NCBI GenBank assembly: GCA_043807405.1
Contig: JAZDGA010000001.1
Coordinates: 25,130-89,129 of the forward strand
DNA: 64,000 nucleotides
Source: Candidatus Vogelbacteria bacterium
GTDB taxonomy: Bacteria > Patescibacteriota > Minisyncoccia > Phycocordibacterales > JACOZG01
Reading direction: 5' to 3'
Of this stretch, positions 59,001 through 64,000 are shown piece after piece. Position numbers and translations under genes: made by a program. How positions within the stretch are numbered: position 1 is the first letter of the stretch; every line of letters begins with the position of its first letter. The notes under the pieces were generated by a model that saw nothing but the letters and a program-made list of their open reading frames with translations, was not told the DNA's origin and did not search any database.

Positions 59001-60098
59001 TTAATTTGATAAATTATTCCGGTAAACTGGAATAGTGAAATGAAATTGGGTCCCCTGTCCCGGTTCGCTTTCAAACCAAATTGCTCCGCCGTGCTTCTCG
59101 ACAATATCCCGTGAAATGAAGAGACCAAGCCCGGTTCCGTCAGTTTGAACCTTGGTCGCATTCGAACCACGGAAGAAGCGGTGGAAAATCTTATCTCGTT
59201 CAACGGGCGGAATGCCGATACCGGTATCAGAGACAATTACTTCTAAACTACTTTCCGCACTGTTCATTCTAGCATCCCCCACCGAGACTGTCACCTCTCC
59301 ACCTTGAGGTGTATATTTCATCGCGTTGTCAATCAGATTTTCAATTACCATGCTCAACTTAATCGGATCGGCCAACACTTTCGGCGGAGCCACTGGTGGT
59401 TTAATGCACTTCAACTTAATCAGCTTGCTTTCGGCTTGGTTAGTAAATTCGAATAAAACACTTTCAATAAGCGCTGGTAAATCTACCGGCAAAAAATTGT
59501 AATCCGAACGATCCGCTTCCATATAATCGACATTCAGCAAATCATTAATAATTGCGATCATTCGCTGGGTGCTTTCGTAGCCCTTCTCGATAAAATTGTG
59601 TTGATCTTTAGTTGTCGGCCCCAAATCGCCCTTGAGCAACATGTGGAAAGTCCACTTGATAGCCGAGAGGGGCGTTCGTAATTGGTGAGTGGTAACCGAG
59701 ACAAATTTGGATTTGGCTTGCTCGAGATTCTGAAGACGTTTATTGGCCAGCGTTAATTCAAAATCTTTATCAAAAAGTTGTTTGGCGTAAGTTTCGAGTT
59801 CTTGGTTCAATTTCTTAAACTCCGCGCTTTTCGTCGCTTCCTCCCGAATTTGATCCGCCAGCAAACGATTTCGTTCTCGATTAAGTTTGGCGACATAGCC
59901 AATGAAAAAACCCATGATCGCGAGATAGGCAATCACGGGAACTAAGAAGAGCAGATAGACTTCACTCTGAATGCCCGAGGCATTGATAATCAAGAGAAGC
60001 ACCGTTGAGAGAACAACGGTAATCACTCCCCAAAAAATCATCGGGTTCACTGTTCGTCGCCCCAAATTCGTCAGATGAATATGCCGCGGTATTTCCAT
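59001..60098 (-). CDS. membrane-bound sensor histidine kinase
   Basis: Two N-terminal TM helices, H-box THQLRTPLSAIKW and G-box GTGLGLFISRDIVEKHGG. Confidence 0.85.
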   Translation of the reverse strand: MEIPRHIHLTNLGRRTVNPMIFWGVITVVLSTVLLLIINASGIQSEVYLLFLVPVIAYLAIMGFFIGYVAKLNRERNRLLADQIREEATKSAEFKKLNQELETYAKQLFDKDFELTLANKRLQNLEQAKSKFVSVTTHQLRTPLSAIKWTFHMLLKGDLGPTTKDQHNFIEKGYESTQRMIAIINDLLNVDYMEADRSDYNFLPVDLPALIESVLFEFTNQAESKLIKLKCIKPPVAPPKVLADPIKLSMVIENLIDNAMKYTPQGGEVTVSVGDARMNSAESSLEVIVSDTGIGIPPVERDKIFHRFFRGSNATKVQTDGTGLGLFISRDIVEKHGGAIWFESEPGQGTQFHFTIPVYRNNLSN

Positions 60099-60140
60099 AC
60101 CTTATTATTATACCGCGTTAATGGTCAAGGGGATAGTGAT

Positions 60141-61400
60141 TTACACTATTTTCCGGCGGTGGCGATGGAAGGTGATGGCGAAGCGGTGCGCTTCGTGATT
60201 GATGAGGAAAATTAAACGGTGTTGGTCTGGCGATAATTTTTGATTGCTTAGAATTTCTTTGGGCTTATGTTTCTTGTCTTTCACCCCTGCCACGATTGGT
60301 ATGGTAATTTTATTTTCGGTCAAAACTTTTTGGGCGAGATCAAACTGATTTACTCCCCCATCAACTACAATCAAGTCTGGCCTTGGCCACTCGGTGTGAA
60401 CCAATCGCCGTTCTAACACTTCACGCAAATTCGCCAAATCATCACCGCCGTGATTAACTTTAAATTTCCGATAATCGCTCTTCTTCAATTCCCCGTCTTC
60501 CGCCACCACCATCACGCCGACCGCGTGGCTACCACCCAAGTGCGCAATATCGTAAGCTTCAATTCTATGATAATCTGCGCCTTTCATGTCAAGGCTATTC
60601 ATGTCAAGGCTAAGCCTTGACATTAGGATTGGGTTTTTAATTAACCCCACATCCTGAATATGTTGAAGCGCGCAAATTTGATCCCGAAGTGGCGCACTTT
60701 TTTCGAAATCTTGTCGTTTAGCCGTGGCGCGCATTTCCCGAGTAAGTTTTGCAATTAACGGCCGTACTCGGCCGGCCAAAAGCAATTTCAAATGGTTAAT
60801 TCGTCGGCGATAATTCGTTGTTGTAATTTCTCCGCTGCAAACTCCCGGGCAAAGACCGATTTGCGCGTTGAAACATTTTTTCCCGACCAATGGTTGGCAT
60901 TTGTCTCGATAAGGAAAAATTTTACGGATCAATCGTAACGCTTCGCGAAGTTCACTCGTGTTGGGGAAAGGTCCGAAAGTCGCCCCGACGTAAAGTCGGG
61001 GTCCCGACCGAAGCGTCGGGACTTCTTTAGCTTTTAGGTTTTGACCTCTAACCATTAAAACTCTTGGAAATTCTTCGTCAGTAATAATTACATACCAAAA
61101 ACTTTTATCATCCTTCTCCCGCGCATTATATTTCGGCTGATGTTTTTTAATCAACGCTGATTCGAGAAGCAACGCTTCAAGCACCGAATCAGTTTTTTGA
61201 TAACGAATTCCAGTCGCAAGCGCCAACATTTGCACAATCCGTCCACCTCGACTGGTTTCAACTCCCGCCGAAGAGAAATAACTCCGCACGCGATCGCGCA
61301 GTGAAGTCGCCTTGCCAATATACAGAATTTCCCGCCCGCGGGTAAAAAAATACACCCCGGGCGCATCAGGCAGTTTTTTAATCTTTTTTATGACTAACAT
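60141..61400 (-). CDS. uvrC: excinuclease ABC subunit C, short form (419 aa) without the C-terminal (HhH)2 domain
   Basis: GIY-YIG (PGVYFFTRGREILYIGKATSLRDR), a UVR-like helix (FEKSAPLRDQICALQ) and the RNase H-like endonuclease region (RIEAYDIAHLGG...VVDGG). Confidence 0.8.
   Translation of the reverse strand: MLVIKKIKKLPDAPGVYFFTRGREILYIGKATSLRDRVRSYFSSAGVETSRGGRIVQMLALATGIRYQKTDSVLEALLLESALIKKHQPKYNAREKDDKSFWYVIITDEEFPRVLMVRGQNLKAKEVPTLRSGPRLYVGATFGPFPNTSELREALRLIRKIFPYRDKCQPLVGKKCFNAQIGLCPGVCSGEITTTNYRRRINHLKLLLAGRVRPLIAKLTREMRATAKRQDFEKSAPLRDQICALQHIQDVGLIKNPILMSRLSLDMNSLDMKGADYHRIEAYDIAHLGGSHAVGVMVVAEDGELKKSDYRKFKVNHGGDDLANLREVLERRLVHTEWPRPDLIVVDGGVNQFDLAQKVLTENKITIPIVAGVKDKKHKPKEILSNQKLSPDQHRLIFLINHEAHRFAITFHRHRRKIV
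60586..60628. repeat. type B palindromic repeat (1.5 copies) inserted in frame in uvrC
   Basis: tcatgtcaaggct, then tcatgtcaaggctaagccttgacattagg. Translated as PILMSRLSLDMNSLDMKG. Confidence 0.75.
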
Positions 61401-63947
61401 TTATTTCTTCTTCAACGCCCGTTTGAGATACTTCGCGGTGTGGGAAGTGATGACATTGGCAACATGTTCCGGCGTGCCTTGGGCTACGATTTGCCCGCCC
61501 TTCTGGCCGCCTTCTGGTCCGAGATCAATCACCCAATCGGCGTTTTTAATTACTTCCATATTATGCTCAATCACTACGACAGTGTTTCCACGATCAACTA
61601 ATTTCTGGAGAATGATAATCAAATGACGTACATCTTCATAATGTAAACCGACCGTTGGTTCGTCGAGCAGATAAATTGTCCGCTCGGTGATCGGCCGATA
61701 AAGTTCAGAAGAAATTTTGACTCGCTGGGCGTCCCCGCCCGAAAGCGTTGTCGCCGATTGACCAAGCTCGAGATAACCGAGTCCAACTTCATTCAGAGTT
61801 TTCAGCCGATCGGCAATCGCCGGAATGTCGCGGAAAAAAGCCAGCGCCTCCTCGACCGTCATTTGCAAAATCTGGTAAATATTTTTTTTCTTATACATCA
61901 CCTCGAGCGTTTCTTTGTCGAATCGTTTGCCGCGACAGACATCGCACTCGACATAGACCGTCGGCAAAAAATGCATCTCCACCGCGATCGTGCCATTGCC
62001 TTGGCAGGCTTCACACCGCCCGCCGCGCACATTGAAGGAAAAACGATTAGCCTTCCAGCCCCGAACGCGCGCCTCCTCGGTCGAGGCGAAAAGATTGCGA
62101 ATCCAAGTGAACGCGCCGGTGTAAGTGGCCGGATTTGAGCGCGGTGTCCGGCCGATCGGCGATTGATCAATTAAAATTGTCCGACTGACATATTCTGTGC
62201 CGGTAAATTCTCGGCAATTATAAATTTCGTTGGTTCGATAACGGCGTTCGAACCGTCCCTGCAAATTCTTGTGAAGAATTTCATAAACTAAAGAAGATTT
62301 TCCCGATCCCGAAACACCAGTAATCGCCACCAGCCGACCTAAGGGAATTGTTGCGTCAAGATCGGTGATGTTGAAAATTTTCCCCCCGCGAATTTTAATC
62401 GCGCCCTGTTCCGCCGTTCGACGAATAGCCGGCACGGGAATTGCTTCGTCACCTCGTAAATAATCAATCGTTAAAGAACCAAAATCATTCGTCTTGGCTG
62501 TAATAAATTTCTCGGTCTCGCCCACCGCCACAATGTGACCACCGTGCACGCCCGCGCCCGGACCGATATCCACCAAATAATCCGAACTAAGAATCGTATC
62601 TTCATCATGTTCGACCACGATAATCGTGTTACCGAGATCGCGAAGCTCCTTCAAAGTTTTAATCAACCGTTCGTTATCGCGCGGATGAAGACCGATCGTC
62701 GGTTCGTCGAGAACATAGAGCGTCCCCACGAGACGGGAGCCGAGTTGCGAAGCAAGACGAATCCGTTGGGATTCTCCGCCCGAGAGCGTGTGGGCGCGCC
62801 GATCCAGTGTCAAGTAATCAAGACCGACATCAAGCAAAAATTGCAGTCGGTGTTCGATCTCCTTGAGAATCACTTTGGCAATGGCGCGTTCTTGGTCCGT
62901 TAATTTCGCTTGCGTCAAAAATTCTTGCGCCACGGCAATCGAGAGCGCGGTAAATTGAGCAAGATTGATACCGCCGATCGTCACCGCCAACGCTTCCGGA
63001 CGAAGCCGGGTACCGGCACAAACTAGACACGGATCGTCACCGAAGAGATGTTTGGTCCCAAGTCCGCGACATTCCGGGCACGCGCCGTAAGGCGAATTGA
63101 AAGAGAAGAGCCGTGGTTCAATTTCCGGATAAGAGAAACCGTCGTGCGGACAAGCGAAACGCACCGACATAATGAAAGAATCTTCACCAATTTTCACCCC
63201 GACCAAACCATCGGCAAGCTCAACCGCCTTCTCAATCGCTTCGGCCAGCCGACTTTTGATGTCACCAATCAACGGTAACTCATCCACCACCGCGCTAATC
63301 TCGTGCTTCTTATTTTTCTCCAGAATAATTCGTTCACGAAGCAATTTCCGCGCGCCGTTAACCATCACCTCGCGATAACCTTTGTCGAGCAGATCGTAAA
63401 GCAATTGATAATGTTCCCCTTTCCGACCGCGAATCACCGGCGCGAGGATCAGAACACTCGGTGTCTTATTGGCTCCAGACACCGAGTGTTTCTTTACCGT
63501 GGCAATTTTTTTACTAACTAACGAGATGATCTCCGACGGCGAAAGTTTCTCAATCAAGCGACCACAAATCAAGCAGTGAGGCGCGCCGACGCGCGCGTAG
63601 AGCACACGCAGATAATCATCAATCTCGGTGATCGTGGCAACCGTGGATCGCGGATTGCCAGAGCGCGTTTTCTGATCAATTGAAATCGCCGGCGATAAAC
63701 CGCTAATCTCATCCACATCGGGCTTCTGCATCTGCAGTAAAAATTGTCGCGCGTAAGCCGAGAGTGATTCCACATAGCGCCTCTGACCTTCGGCAAAAAT
63801 GGTGTCAAACGCCAAAGAAGATTTTCCCGAGCCGGAAAGTCCGGTAAAGACCACGAGTTTCCCGCGTGGGATCTCGAGATTAATATTTTTCAGATTATGC
63901 GTCCGCGCCCCCTTGATAATAATTTTCCCAGTATCTTCTTTCGTCAT
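61401..63947 (-). CDS. uvrA: excinuclease ABC subunit A
   Basis: Two ABC ATPase modules ([41 protein letters not shown]) and zinc-finger CxxC pairs. Confidence 0.9.
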   Translation of the reverse strand: MTKEDTGKIIIKGARTHNLKNINLEIPRGKLVVFTGLSGSGKSSLAFDTIFAEGQRRYVESLSAYARQFLLQMQKPDVDEISGLSPAISIDQKTRSGNPRSTVATITEIDDYLRVLYARVGAPHCLICGRLIEKLSPSEIISLVSKKIATVKKHSVSGANKTPSVLILAPVIRGRKGEHYQLLYDLLDKGYREVMVNGARKLLRERIILEKNKKHEISAVVDELPLIGDIKSRLAEAIEKAVELADGLVGVKIGEDSFIMSVRFACPHDGFSYPEIEPRLFSFNSPYGACPECRGLGTKHLFGDDPCLVCAGTRLRPEALAVTIGGINLAQFTALSIAVAQEFLTQAKLTDQERAIAKVILKEIEHRLQFLLDVGLDYLTLDRRAHTLSGGESQRIRLASQLGSRLVGTLYVLDEPTIGLHPRDNERLIKTLKELRDLGNTIIVVEHDEDTILSSDYLVDIGPGAGVHGGHIVAVGETEKFITAKTNDFGSLTIDYLRGDEAIPVPAIRRTAEQGAIKIRGGKIFNITDLDATIPLGRLVAITGVSGSGKSSLVYEILHKNLQGRFERRYRTNEIYNCREFTGTEYVSRTILIDQSPIGRTPRSNPATYTGAFTWIRNLFASTEEARVRGWKANRFSFNVRGGRCEACQGNGTIAVEMHFLPTVYVECDVCRGKRFDKETLEVMYKKKNIYQILQMTVEEALAFFRDIPAIADRLKTLNEVGLGYLELGQSATTLSGGDAQRVKISSELYRPITERTIYLLDEPTVGLHYEDVRHLIIILQKLVDRGNTVVVIEHNMEVIKNADWVIDLGPEGGQKGGQIVAQGTPEHVANVITSHTAKYLKRALKKK
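63453..63490. repeat. 13-bp inverted repeat (type C family) in frame within uvrA
   Basis: AACACTCGGTGTC-N12-GACACCGAGTGTT. Translated as [13 protein letters not shown]. Confidence 0.6.
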
Positions 63948-64000
63948 AAGCCAAGCAGTTTAGCACGCCAACCAAAATTTGACAAAAATAACTGGTTATG

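Noticed and set aside
1-64000. Alternative genetic code (UGA recoding, as in some candidate-phyla bacteria)
   Set aside because: Well-conserved genes end at TGA at the expected C-termini (rpmJ, the transketolase N-terminal subunit, the GIY-YIG ORF at 51934). No conserved gene needs TGA read-through, so the standard bacterial code fits.

Overview
This 64-kb window comes from a small-genome bacterium using the standard code (TGA is a stop). The very compact housekeeping proteins suggest a Patescibacteria/CPR-like lineage, but that is inference only. Most genes are minus-strand housekeeping genes. Translation genes include a single-chain PheRS, EF-Ts, S2, RF1, L31, L25, GatB, S9-L13, the infA-rpmJ-rpsM-rpsK-rpsD-rpoA-rplQ block, AlaRS, MnmA, LeuRS and YchF. 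A sugar-phosphate cluster holds fba, a PfkB kinase, a split transketolase, rpe, rpiB and gap. Also present are two lytic transglycosylases (one is MltG), Ddl, PurD, UvrA/UvrC, two two-component systems and 7 intact tRNA genes (Thr-UGU, Ala-GGC, Val-CAC, Pro-CGG, Ala-CGC, Ala-UGC). No rRNA, CRISPR array or prophage was seen. The unusual part is the load of small selfish or accessory DNA and how it is accommodated. (1) leuS is one intact 1071-aa ORF carrying two in-frame foreign domains: a DUF559/Vsr-like endonuclease cassette bounded by hairpin inverted repeats, and a complete Nudix hydrolase domain inside the CP1 editing domain. (2) A tRNA-Val(CAC) gene is split by a D-loop hairpin insertion and by a 115-nt segment that itself carries an intact tRNA-Val(CAC), with a GIY-YIG nuclease cassette at its 5' end. 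The same D-loop hairpin marks two other tRNA-like remnants upstream of intact tRNAs. (3) Toxin-antitoxin cassettes and a GC-rich palindrome each sit between a gene end (rplY, rpiB, ychF) and a diverged duplicate of that same end. (4) Several short palindromic repeat families are inserted in frame in coding sequence (uvrC, uvrA, leuS, probably alaS), much like Rickettsia palindromic elements. The window also contains an IS66-family element, a low-GC island splitting the two transketolase genes, and many promoters placed for leaderless translation. Coordinates of small features come from manual counting and may be off by a few nt.
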